This document shows, one piece after another, positions 36,155-48,859 of a stretch of DNA of 64,000 nucleotides (its first letter is position 1; each line of letters begins with the position of its first letter). The notes under the pieces were generated by a model. The model ran no database searches and was not told where the DNA came from. It was given only the letters and a program-made list of their open reading frames with translations. Source of the stretch: Mobula hypostoma. Lineage: Eukaryota. The translations under genes and the position numbers were made by a program. Where the stretch lies: contig NC_086097.1 in assembly GCF_963921235.1 (NCBI RefSeq), forward strand, positions 171,432,001-171,496,000, read 5' to 3'.

Positions 36155-39100
36155 CTGTGGGTATAAAGTTATCCAGGCAATTTTAAGGTTGCAATTTCAC
36201 TGGTAATGCAGGGAAACCACCATGACTCCAGCAAAACTCATCACAACACAATATTAACAATAATTCCACCTTACACTGAAACATCACTGTATTCAAAACA
36301 GCTGGCTTTGAAAACTTGTAGCTGTCCAAAAATTGGATGCAATGTGCTCACTCTCAGGGATGGCAGGAATTTACTGCAGACAAGTTTGAGGTGTTGCAGA
36401 TTGGGAAGATAAACAGTGTAGGACTTATGCAAGGAATGGTAAAACACTGAAAGTGCAGTAGAAGAAAGATCTGAAGATTCAGATTCATAATTTCTTAAAA
36501 GTGGTGTCACAGGTAGATAGGGTCATAAAGAAAGTTTTTGGCACATTGGCCTTCCTAAATCAGAGCACTAAGTACAGGAGTTGGGATGTTATGTTGAATT
36601 TGTGCAAGATGTTGGTGAGGAAAATATGGAGTATTGTGTGCATTTCTCCTTACCTACCTACAGCAAAAATATTGAAAGGGTACTGAAAGAGAAAATTTAC
36701 AGCGATGTTTCCGGGAAATGTCCTGAATTAGAGGGAAAGGTTGAATAGGTTAGGAGTGCAGTAGACCGAGATGAGATTTGATAGAGGTATACAAATATTA
36801 TGAGGGTATAGAAAGGATAAATGCAAGCAGATTGAGTGAGACTAGAACTAAGATCATAGGTGAAGTATAAAATGTGAAATATTTAAGAGGAACCTGGGGG
36901 GTTGGGGATTTCTTTACTCAGATGGTGTTGTGTGTATGGCACGAATTTCTAGTGGAAGTGATGGATGCGGGTTCAATTACAACACTTAAGGGAAGCATGG
37001 ATAAGTACATGGACTAGATGGACAGAAGGGCCTGTTTCTGTGCTGTAGTGCTCAATGACTATGAATTTAAATTCCATACGCCAGCCTGCAAAATGCTATA
37101 ATGAAATGAAGAGTTTATGATGGCACACATTATGAATTTACATTGCATAATACCACCTCTGACTATATTGGTATTGGTGTATTTTTCTACATGTACCAAG
37201 ATACAGTGAAAGGCTTGTCTTGCATAGTGTTTATGCAGATCAAATCATTGCACAGTGCACTGAAGGTAGGACAAGGTAAAACAATAACAATGCAGAATCA
37301 AGTGTAACAGTTATGGAGAAAGTGCAGGGCAGTAAACAATGAGGAGCAGGCTAGTAATGTAGTGGATTGTGAGGTCAAGGATCCATGTTATCATACACAA
37401 AGTTAGTTCAAGAATCTAATAACAGTGGGACAGACACTGTCATTGAGCCTAGCAGTACATCCTTTTGTAACTTCTACCCATCAAGAGAGGGGAGAACAGC
37501 GAATGCCCAGAGTGGATGGAGTCTTCGATTATTCTGAGTTCTTTACTGAGGCAGCAAGAAGTATAAACAGAGTGTGTTGTGGAGAAGCTGGTTTCCATGA
37601 TGTGCTGAAATGTCCATAACTCTCTGCCACTCTTGTGGTCACAGCAGAGCTGTTGCTATATCAAGCCATTACATGTCCAGATAGAATTCTTGCTCTTGAT
37701 TAAAATTGGTAAAGGTCAATGGGGACATGCCATGGAGTAAAGTCTAATTTATTGGTTCTAATTGTGTTCTTTCTTTAACAATTCTTGAATAAATTTATGT
37801 TTATTTTATGTATTCTTCTAAAAAGGTTATATCTCTAACACTATATGCCTGTGATGATCCTGTAAGTTTTTTAGTTGCACTTGTACTTGTGCATATGATA
37901 GTAAACTCTACTTGGCTTCGTACTGCAGGTGCAATGTTCCACCCAGTTGTCACAAAATGGACAATATTATGCCAAATATCTTTATTGTGAAACCATTACA
38001 CCAGATGTCAGTTGCTTAAACTTCAGCAAGGTGATACAGAATGACATGGTTTATCAGTTCCATAGCAAGCTCCTTTCATGGAATATTATGCCCCAAGTTA
38101 CGTCATCCAATATATTCTAACACTGAGCTCTTTTATAACTCTTCATATCTCTCACTGAAATAGAAATGAGCAGGGACAAGGTTTCTGCTTCGCAGATGTC
38201 CAAAACAAGTACTATAATTTGTAGGCACAACAACACTCTGGTGAAAGTATTGGACTCCCCTCCACAAAGCCTGAATTATTGATCCAAGGACTCTGAGAGT
38301 TGGGGAATTACCACTCAAGCAACCTAAAATAAAACCCTTGTCAGTGGTGACCAGGGAACTATTGATTTTCATAAAAATCTATCGCTGAGGAGATACAGGA
38401 GCTTTAAGACCCTTATTGTTCTGGCAGAAGGGATTAGTTTAATAGGGCATTTGATTACTAATTTAATTAGTTTGGCACTACATTGACGGCCAAAGAGCCT
38501 GAGGGCCTGTTCCTGTTCTGTACTGTTCTATGTTCTAAATTCTTGTGATATTTACACAGAGGAACTTAATGTTCTCAATTTTCAGAGTGTGTGGAAACCT
38601 GATTCAATTCTGAAGCTGAGTGGCTTACTTCTGGGTTGTAAAGAAAAATGAAAAATACAATCTGAAATTTTGGTTAAAGTAAATGATAAATAGAGCTATG
38701 TGATATTTATGCATGAAATCAGGCACAGAATATTAGACCTAGTGGTTTGTATAGAATCATAGGGTCATCCGGCACAGAAGCTCGTCTTTTGGCCCAATTG
38801 GTCCATGCCAACCAAGATTCTCATTTGTCCCATTGGACCGCATTTGGCCCATTTCTCTTTAAACATTTCCTATCTATTTACCTGTCCAGATGTCTTTTAA
38901 ATGCTATTATTGTATCTGCCTCAACCACTTCCTTTGGCAGCTCATTCAATAGACTGTGCATCTTCTGTGTGAAAAGGTTGCCCATCGGGGTTGCAAATAA
39001 GTATCTCCCCCTCACTTTAAACTGAAGCAGCCATTTCTGTGCCAAAGATCCTACATATAGGGTTCTGCCTGTACATGATCCCTGTGCCTCCATTCCCTGA

Positions 39101-41232
39101 ATAAATAGTGCAGATAGCTCAACAAGTAGGATTTTAAGGACTATCTTTCAGTACGAGAGAGAGAGAAAGAAAGTCGAGGACATAGGGAGATGATGCTCTA
39201 ATGAGGTAACTATAAACTGAATGAGTGATCACAGAAGATCTCTGGTTATCCCATTACACTGAGCCCTCTCCTTGGCCTATCTCCACAGCCCCTCCTTTAC
39301 CTTTGCTTAATAAAATCTATAAATATCACATTTAAAATTTACAATAGATCCAATGTTATTTGCCATTGGAGGAACAGAAGTCCAGAAATTGACATTCTGA
39401 GTGTGGAAATGAACACTATCTGTAAAGGCTGGCTCTAATTTTAGCTTGTCTCCTTGTCCTAGATTCCCCAGCCAGGAGAGTTAGTATTTTTTCTACATAG
39501 TAACAGTTCTACTTCACATCATGAAATCTTCAGTCCATTATCATTTAACAAGGTGCACAAGTGTTCTTTAAAGTTTAACACGAATTTCAAATATAGAAGA
39601 ATACAGCAAAGTAACAGGCCCTTCAGACCACAATGTCTGCTTGAACACAGTGTTGAAGTAAACTGAATCCCATCTGCTTGCACATGATTGGTATCTGCCC
39701 CCGTCCCCACACACCTATCCTTGCATATTCATATGTCTAACAGTCTCCTAAATAGCACAGTCATACCTGCTTCCACCAATACCCATGGCATCTTGCTCCA
39801 GGCACCTACCACTCTGTTAAAAAACTGCACACAATACTCCAAGTGCAACCATTTTATATAGCTGTAGCATGACTTCTTCACTCTTATACTCAATGTGCTG
39901 AGCAAGGAAGCCAATCATGTCATATGTCTTTTTACCACCTTATCCACTTGAGGCCAGTTTCAGGGACCCATGGACTTGGACCTCAAACTCTCTGTACATC
40001 AATGCCTTTAAGGGTCCTACCATTATCTATGTACTTCCTCCTTACATTTGACCTCCCTTATTATTCTGATAAATGCAGCAAGGTAAGCATAATCTTCCAT
40101 ATATCTCAGAACTGCTCTTAATGCTCCAGGTCTGATTTCAGGTCTTTGTATCATTCTGGTACAACTTTCCTGTTTTTATCTTCCGGTTTACTGACAGCCA
40201 TCCATCTGCATTTATGACTATGTTCCACACCTGATCATATTGGTGAGAGGAGGCAAGCTGAAACAGGGAGTTGTTCAGGGTATTTTTTTCATTACACATA
40301 GTGGTGGGTGCCTGCAACACACAGCTGGGGTAGTGATGGAAACAGACGTATTAGAGGCATTTAAGAGTCGGTTAGATAGGCACACGAATATCTAGGGATA
40401 TAGATCATGTACAGGGTGAAGAACTTTAGTTCATCATGCTTGACACAGACATTGTGAGCTGAATTACTGTTCCTATGGTTTACTGTTTATGTTACATGTT
40501 TTATAAAGCTTTTCTCTTCTTTTTTCAAGCTCTAGAACTAACATGTTAGAGGAATTGTCTCAACAATCCAATGGATTCATGTTCAATTTTAATTGTATTT
40601 CAACCATACACATAAATACAGCCAAACAAAACAACATTCTTTTGGGTGCAAAACACAGAACCAACAATCATAAACAACACATATAATTATGATAGCAGAG
40701 AAGCCTACAGTTACAAACAAGTATTTAAAAATTCGTAATACAGCCCAAGTCCCTGAGTGTCATGGCCTGTAGATTGATGGCGCTTGAATGTTGTCCTGGA
40801 GCCATGTTTCTACAAGAATAGCCCACAGAAGTTCCTTACTATGCATAGTGCAGCCTCAGGTGAAGGCAATCCAGCTTGTCTCCCACTGAGCTGACAGTGA
40901 GAGACAACACCGATGGGAGAATCCAGTGGCATATAGTCAGCGCCAGCATCTCCTTCCTCGGCAGCTGCAACAGGCAGCCCCGAGGCACGAACGAGGACCT
41001 TGTCCGTGCACACAATCAAGGCCATGCGGCTTCCCCACCAGTCTCACCAACGAACTAGCAAATCAGAATCACAGTGCGGTATTCTATATTACCAATGTCC
41101 AACAGGGTTTTGCAATTACAACAAAAACGTCCACACCCTCCATTCAATTATACACTGGCTCTGCGCAACACTTTGTGTGATTATACTAACACATTATTAA
41201 CTTTAAAAATGATCTTAAAACCAGTGGCTCAC

Positions 41233-41418
41233 CTTCCCAATGTAGAGTCGATTCTCTATGACTTGCTCTTCTAAGACAAAGAACTGGTTCCACACCCACT
41301 TCCGCTTGACACGATGCTGAGGGTGATGGTGATTCCCGACCTTGTGGTGCTCTGAGTAAACCAGGGTCATCAGCCAACATCCCACGAGAATGGCCCACCA
41401 GTTGCGCCAGCTTAACAT
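41233..41418 (-). CDS. cdh19: Type II classical cadherin (CDH19-like), first coding exon: signal peptide, short His-rich prodomain, furin site RVKR, start of EC1
   Basis: MLSWRNWWAILVGCWLMTLVYSEHHKVGNHHHPQHRVKR-KWVWNQFFVLEE...YIGK; the W2/W4 WVWNQFFV motif is diagnostic of type II cadherins. ATG at 41418, GTGAG donor at 41232, phase 0. Family call is firm; the CDH19 symbol is less certain (about 0.6). Confidence 0.93.
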
Positions 41419-42339
41419 TACTGGTGAGCAGGGAGTGATTCACATGAAGGAAATAATCGGGGCAGATGTTCGATGGATAATAACTACATCTAAACTTCTT
41501 CCCTTATAATGCAGTCTGAAAATCAGTTGAACGCTTCATATTTCTGGAAGTAAAGAACAAGTTGAGTCATAATGTCAGAGTCATCTAGTCATCGGGTAGA
41601 CCCTTCAGCCCATTGAATTTGTGCTGGCCAGTAAGTGCACACTTGCTTTGGATCCATCTCTTGCTTTGATAACGTGAACTGGTAACATTGACCACTCAGC
41701 TTTCACACTGTGCTATTTAGCTTCTAGACAATATTTTAATATGTCCAATGTTGCAGAAGGGGTTAGTTTGGCTTAGCATCATGGTGGATCATATAGCATC
41801 ATATTTTGGGCTGAAGGACCAGTTCCTGTGCTGTGTTTGAAGTAATTCAGACTTGGGATTTTTAATTACCTATTTCCCCATGGTTCCCACAATGCTTTTC
41901 AATATTCACATTTATATTTATTCACTTTCAAAAGTCTTCATTTGATTTGCTTCCTGCAGCATTTTAGGCACAACATTCCAGATTGCAACAGGCTCCAGCG
42001 TTAAATATTGTCCGCTGTCATTGCTCCTGTCAATGGCTTCAAGTCTGTCTCCTTATTCCCATTCATTAGCTGTGTTTACTTCTGCAAACAGCTATAAAAA
42101 TAGATTCTGTCTCAGATAGTATTGTCCTGTTGTTCTTAGAGATGGTCACCATAGATGTTTCTAGATTTGAGGACATTTAATTTTTCCAATCACCCATATA
42201 ATACACAGACAGAGGTTGATGTGGTGACAAATATGACAAAGGCATTTAAGAGGCATTTGAGAAGCACATGTATGTGTAGAGAGTGGATCTAGGCAGAAGG
42301 CATTGGTTTAGTTTGGTGTATAATTAATTAACTGAAAGA

Positions 42340-44600
42340 CTGAGGAAACTTTAAAAAGCAACAAAGAACTACTAAGCAAGTAATAAGGAAGGGGAAGGTA
42401 GATTATGAAAGTAAACTATCATAAAATGTAACAACAGGTAGGAAAAGTTTCTATAATTTTAGAACATAGAATAGTACAGCACATTATAGGCCCTTCAGCC
42501 CACAATGTTGTGCTGACCCTCAAACCCTGCCTCCCATATAACCACCCCCCACCTTAAATTCCTCCATATGCCTGTCTAGTAGTCTCTTAAACTTCACTAG
42601 TGTATCTGCCTCCACCACTGACTCAGGCAGTGCATTCCATGCACCAACCACTCTCTGAGTAAAAAACTTTCCTCTAATATCCCCCTTGAACTTCCCACCC
42701 TTTACCTTAAAGCCATGTCCTCTTGTATTGAGCAGTGGTGCCCTGGGAAGAGGCACTGGCTATCCACTCTATCTATTCCTCTTATTATCTTGTACACGTC
42801 TATCATGTCTCCTCTCGCCCTCCTTCTCTCCAAAGAGTAAAGCCCTAGTTCCCTTAATCTCTGATCATAATGCATACTCTCTAAACCAGGCAGCATCCTG
42901 GTAAATCTCCTCTGTACCCTTTCCAATGCTTCCACACCTTATATAAGGTGGAAAAGGGTGGCTAAAGTGAACTTAAGTCTCTTGGAAGATGAGAAAGGAG
43001 AAATAATATTGGCTTAATGTAGAAATGTTGAGGCCTTGAATGACTATTTTGTGTCAGTTTTGATAATGGAGGACACGTCTAACATGCCAAAGAGAGATGT
43101 TATGGATATGATGGGAGATGATGACTTTGATACAGTCACTGTCACTAAAGGAGTAGTGATGAGCAAATTAGTGGGCCTAAAGTTAAACAAGTCCCGTGGT
43201 CCTGATGGGATGCATCCCAAGGATACTGAAAGACATGGCAGAAGATATAGTAGACAATTTTGCGTTAATTTACAAATTTTCTATAGTCAGGAAAATGTTT
43301 GAAACTATCATTAAGGAAGAAATAGTGAGTCATCTAGATAGATTTCCACCAGGCAGACAGCATAGATTCATGACAGGTCCTGTTTGACAAACTTACTATA
43401 ATTCTATGAGGATATAATGGGCATAGTGGATAGAGGGGAACAGTGGATGTTTTATACCTAGATTTCCAGAAACCATCTGATATGCTGCCATATAAAAGAT
43501 TTAACCATGAGATAATGATGCATGGAGATGTGAGTAATGAATTAGCATGGATAAAGGATTGGTTAACCAACAGAAGACAGAGTTAGGGCAAATAGGTGTT
43601 TCTCTGGTTGGCAGTCGGTGGTAAGCAGAGTGCCACAGGTATTGGTGCTAGGTCCAGAACTGTTCATGATATACACTGATGACGTGGAAGAATGGATCAA
43701 GTGTTAGTAAACCTAGGTTTGCTGATGACACTAACTTGAGTGGAAAAAAAATTGTGCAGTGGATGCGAAAATTCTGCAGAGAAATATAGATAGGGTAAGT
43801 GAGTGAGCAAGAGCCTAGCAGATGAGTACAGTGTTATCAACTTTGGAATGAAAAGTAGAAGATCAAATTATTATTTAAATGTTTAAAACCATACCGTGCT
43901 GTTGAGCCGAGGGACTCGAGAGTGCCTGTGCATAAATTGCAAAAGTTGATTTGCAGGGGTAAGAGCTGATCAAGAAGGCAAATGGAATGTTAGTCTTCAG
44001 TTCTAGAGGGTATGAATTTATGCTGGGAGGTTGTGCTGTAACTGTACAAGGTGCTGGTGAGGCTTTACCTGGAGTTCTCGTCGCCACAGCGGACAAAAAC
44101 ATTTTGGGTTTGGAGGCAGTGCAGAGTAAGTTCAGGAGTCTGTTTCTGGAGATACAGGGATTAGCCCATGAGGAGAAACAGCCTCCTGGGACTAGCTGGA
44201 ATTCAGAAGAGTGAAGTGGGGATTTGAAAGAAACATAAAATTATGAAAGGGCTAGATAAGATAGAAACAGGAATATTGTTTTCACTGGTAAGTGAGACCA
44301 GAACAAGTGCAGATGGCCTCCTGAGTTGGGGAAATAGACTTAGGATGCAGATGAGGAGAAATGCCTTTTCCCAAAGAATAGTGAATCTGTGGAATCCTCT
44401 GCCCAGGGAAGCAGTGAAAGTGACCTCATTAAATATACTTAATTTGCAGTTAGATTTTTGCAAAGCAGGGGGATTAAGAGTGATAGGAAAACAGAAGATA
44501 GATGGAGCTGAGTCCACAGCCAGATCAGCCATGATCATACTGAATGGTGAGCAAGCTCAATGGGCCAGGTGGCCTACTCCTGCTCCTAACATTTATGCCT
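42340..44600 (+). mobile_element. Old CR1 LINE (RT half), interrupted at ~42461-42935
   Basis: LNDYFVSV, NKSRGPDGMHP, YLDFQK, FADDT remnants and a CR1 3' UTR. Confidence 0.8.
42461..42935 (-). mobile_element. Young CR1 3' fragment
   Basis: ALERVQRRFTRMLPGL...FFTQRVVGAWNALPE plus 3' tail; near-identical to 45601-46050. Confidence 0.88.
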
Positions 44601-44954
44601 GGATGAGTAGTAGAATCTGGGGGAACTGGTGGGAATAATGGGAGAATAAAATGACATCAGTGCAGGACTAGTGTAAATAGGTGCTTAGTAGCTGTGGTGA
44701 ACCCCTGGGCTATTTCCATGCTGTATGGCTCTGCAGTTCTGTGTTAAATCACCTGTCCAGTTTCATTTCCTAAGATAAGATCAATTACTGTCCATCTCTA
44801 GTAAGAATACTGATGTTGTTTCAAAAATATTCAAGTTTATTTAACAAATTCCAATCTACCAAAGTTCCTTGCACTATAATCCCAGTCAGTATTCAAAAAG
44901 TTAAAATCCCCTCTAACATAACCGTAATTGTTCTTACACCTATTTGCAATTTGC

Positions 44955-45471
44955 TTACCTCTTGTACCTAATAACGTGGTCTCTAAGAGTATGTACATGG
45001 CCCTCTGCTGCTGTAGCCAATGCACTTCAAGGTTGAATGCGTTGTTCACTGAGAGATACTCTTCTACGCACCACTGTTGTAACACATGGTTATTGGAATT
45101 GCTATCACCTTCCTGTCAGCTTGAACCAGCCTGGCCATTCTTTTCTGACCTCTCTCATTAACAAGGCACTGCCACTCACTGGTTTTGTTTGCTTTTCACA
45201 CCATTCTCTGTAAATTATAAAGGCTGTTGTGTGTGAATCCGAGGAAATCAGCGGTTTCTGAGATATTCAAACCACCTCGGCTGCCACCAACAAATATTCT
45301 ACAGACAAAGTCACCTAGATCACAATTTTTCCCCACTCTGCTGTTTGGTCTGAACAACAGACTTAACAAAGTCTGCATGCTTTTATGCATTGAGTTGCTC
45401 ACACACGATTGGCTGATTAGATAAATAGATTAAGGACTAGGTATACAGGTGCACCAAGTAGCCACTGAGTG
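44955..45471 (-). mobile_element. Non-autonomous Tc1-type element retaining the N-terminal transposase segment
   Basis: Degenerate CACTCAGTGGC...CACCTG terminus; decayed GKNCDLGDF...LNISETADFLGF, RMARLVQADRK, TLKCIGYSSRG. Confidence 0.75.
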
Positions 45472-45600
45472 TTTCTGTTGTCTCTGCTTACTGTTATTAA
45501 CTCAGCAAAGTGATAGATCTGCCCTTATTCTTAAATTCTACCCATTTTGTGTAGACGATCTCCTTAATCTCTGGTGTGACCCGAATTCTCTGTCATGCCT

Positions 45601-46050
45601 GAACCTGGTTTACAGAGTATGCATTATGATCAGAGATTAAGGGAGCTAGGGCTTTACTCTTTGGAGAGAAGGAGGATGAGAGGAGACATGATAGAGGTGT
45701 ACAAGATGATAAGAGGAATAGATAGAGTGGATAGTCAGCGCCTCTTCCCCAGGGCACTACTGCTCAATACCAGAGGACATGGCTTTAAGGTAAGGGGTGG
45801 GAAGTTCAAGGGGGATATTAGAGGAAGGTTTTTTACTCAGAGAGTGGTTGGTGCGTGGAATGCACTGCCTGAGACAGTGGTGGAGGCAGATACACTAGTG
45901 AAGTTTAAGAGACTACTAGACAGGCATATGGAGGAATTTAAGGTGGGGGCAGGGTTATATGGGAGGCAGGGTTTGAGGGTCGGCACAACATTGTGGGCTG
46001 AAAGGCCTGTGCTGTGCTGTACTATTTTATGTTCTATGTACTATGTTCTC
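45601..46050 (+). mobile_element. Young CR1 3' fragment
   Basis: ORF 45595-46074 LRELGLYSLERRRMRGDMIEVYK...; near-identical to 42461-42935 in opposite orientation. Confidence 0.88.
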
Positions 46051-48535
46051 TGTTCTGGAACAATAAGCTGCTAGTTCTGCCCGTCACTTAACTACTGTTC
46101 TGTGACCGCAGTAACATAATAGGTCCAAGTGTTGATCCATCTATAGAATGAGTTCTGGTCTATATACTTACGTTTAGTGCACCCTGATATAAGGAGGACT
46201 GATCAAGGCAATAGCTCAACTGTAAATCTTCTCACAATGATTAAATATCTTCCAGATGGAATGCAATCGATATTCAGAATATGAAACTACATTAAGATAA
46301 CATTAGCTACTCATGGACTGTATTTTGTTTTACATTTGAGATTGGATGTAAGTGCAAATTGCTCTTGTAATCACCTTGTTATTGATGGCTTAGGATTCAA
46401 CTTCATTGAAATTTTCTGCACAAAATATATCATATTGATTCTAATGTCAGTCCATTCCATGCTTTCTTTGACCACTGGAACATCTTACCCAATTGACTGT
46501 GCTCTGTATCACTGCCACTCCTCTCAGAATGTCCCCTATCCAGAGAGAACACAGAGGAGATTTACAGAAATATCATAGAGTCACAGAGTACTACAGCAAG
46601 AAACAAACCCTTTGGCCCATCCACTTCAAACCAACCCAATCTTCTGTCCAGTCCCACCTACCTGCACTCAGATCAAGTCCCTCGAAGTCTCTCTCAACCA
46701 TGTACTTATCCAAACTTGTCTTAGCTGTTACAATTGAATGTGCATTTGACAGCTAGTTCCGCACTCTCACCAGGGATGACGTCCCTTGATTACAAAGGAG
46801 AGGTGTAGTTGTCTTTGTTGAAACAAGAGAAGGCTGAGAGCAGGTTTAATTGAGATGAGGTAGAGTTGGGAAGGATTTCCCTGACCAGAGAAGAAAATGC
46901 ATAGGAGGCAAAATAGAAGGTAGCTGATGGATTATTGTAGGTGGTTGATGTGCTATTTTTATACTAGTGTAAAAATGGGTGATCAGCACAGATCTAGAAT
47001 AGTCACAGACTCCTAGAATCCTACAGCATAGAAACAGGCCACTCAGTTCAACTAGTCTACGACAACCAGTGAGAATCCTCTGTATTAATCCCATCTCCCA
47101 GAACTTGGTCAATACTCTCTATGCCTTTTGTGATTCAAGTGCTGGCATTTCTTAGGCACTTTTTAAATGCTTTTAGTGACCTGGCTTCTCAGGACATGCA
47201 CTTTCAGTACTTAACAGTCTCCGGATGAAGACAGGTGCCTCACATCCCCTCAACATCTCTTCTCCCTTACCCTAAATCTGTGCCTTCTAATTTTATCTAC
47301 CTCTGATAAAGGGATTTTTCCTGCATTCTTACAGGGGCATCTTCTTCAGAGCAAAGGGGAGTTTGTATTTGAATGAGTTGCCAGAAATAGCATATTAACA
47401 ATATTTAAAAGCCATCTAGATAAGGATGTGGGTAGGACAGGTTTGGAGGACTGCAGGCCAAACTTGGGTAGATGGGTCTAGGTCACTGGGAAACACATGG
47501 ATGAGCTGGGCTGAGTGGCCTGTTTCTGTGCTGTATGACTATGACTCTTTAGTCGTTCTGGTTAAAAAAACAGAGCTTACAAGAAATAGCAGCTCATTTA
47601 TTTTATGAAGTGTTCACTGTGCTCTTTAGATAATGACTGGATCTAAATTTCCTTCAGCAATGAAACAGTGGGGAAGGATTCAATGCATAACAGGAAACAC
47701 ATTCCTAGGTTAGAAATGAGGCAAATAGGTTCTTGCTCTGCGGCAGATAAATATCTCTCCTGTAAATGAGTTTGAATGCATTAAACCTAAAAAAAGATAA
47801 TTTGAGTAAGTGGTAGTGGCTTGAATGTGCAATATGAAAGAGGGGCTTGCTAGTCGGTCTATTGAACCTGAGTGAGGGTTCAATGTTAAATATATTTTCT
47901 CCTCCATTTGCCAGCACTCCCAACAGGACTGAATTCAAAAAGCAAGACCGCAGAAAAAGTCGGCAAAGGAAATAAGTCTGTGGAACAGCTGCACTGTTCT
48001 ACTTTCGAGTCAGTCAGAATTAACTGGCTCATCTTGTTCTGTGCCTTCCACAAGTCAATGTTTTTAAAATGAAAAGGAAAAGTGCAGCCTGAGAAGCCGC
48101 CTTCTCTGCCTGTCAGTTTAATTGATGCCACAAGTTGTCCTTTTTGTGAACACAGCTTTTCCGAGGATTTGAATGTATTATCTTTGGTAGTGACTAACTT
48201 CTATATCATTGCAATCAATGCACTGTCAGTCTGACACCAACCAGTTTAGCTCTGACTTTTTCTTAGGCCTGGTATAAAATTATATTCCCACTGGCTCCAC
48301 AGCACCCTGCTACCTGAGCACTGCCTCTTTTTGCGTTATCTCAGAATCGGCTTTATTGTTACCGATAAATGTTGTAAAATTTGTTGTTTTGCACCAGCAG
48401 TACAATGCAATACATAAAAAGTACCACATTGCGAGAATATACTGTATTAAAAATAAATAAGCAGTGAAAAAAGAGAATAGTGAGGTAGTGATCATGGGTT
48501 TATGGACCGTTTATGGATCTATCCCATGAGTGTCG

Positions 48536-48756
48536 TGGAATAGTACAGCACAGAAACAGACCCTTCAGCCCACTGTCTGCATGTTGGCCTATACAGCTCC
48601 CATTTACATGGAATAGTACAGCACAGAAACAGACCATTCGGCGCACTGTCTGCATGTTGGCCTATACAGCTCCCATTTACATGGAATAGTACAGCACAGA
48701 AACAGACCATTCGGCCCACTGTCTGCATGTTGGCCTATACAGCTCCCATTTACATG
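48536..48756. repeat. 73-bp tandem repeat x3 derived from a CR1 3' end
   Basis: Unit TGGAATAGTACAGCACAGAAACAGACC...CTCCCATTTACA starts at 48536, 48609 and 48682. Confidence 0.9.
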
Positions 48757-48859
48757 CATTTTGTTTTCTGTCCCTTAACGATTTAAGGGCTTACTTGTTA
48801 CTTGTTGCATACACCTGTTAGGGTGCATTCTCCAGTTACCTTATAAGGTAACTGTAGCC

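Noticed and set aside
48536..48756. Repeat-spacer array
   Set aside because: Three head-to-tail copies of a 73-bp CR1 3'-end segment, with no spacers.
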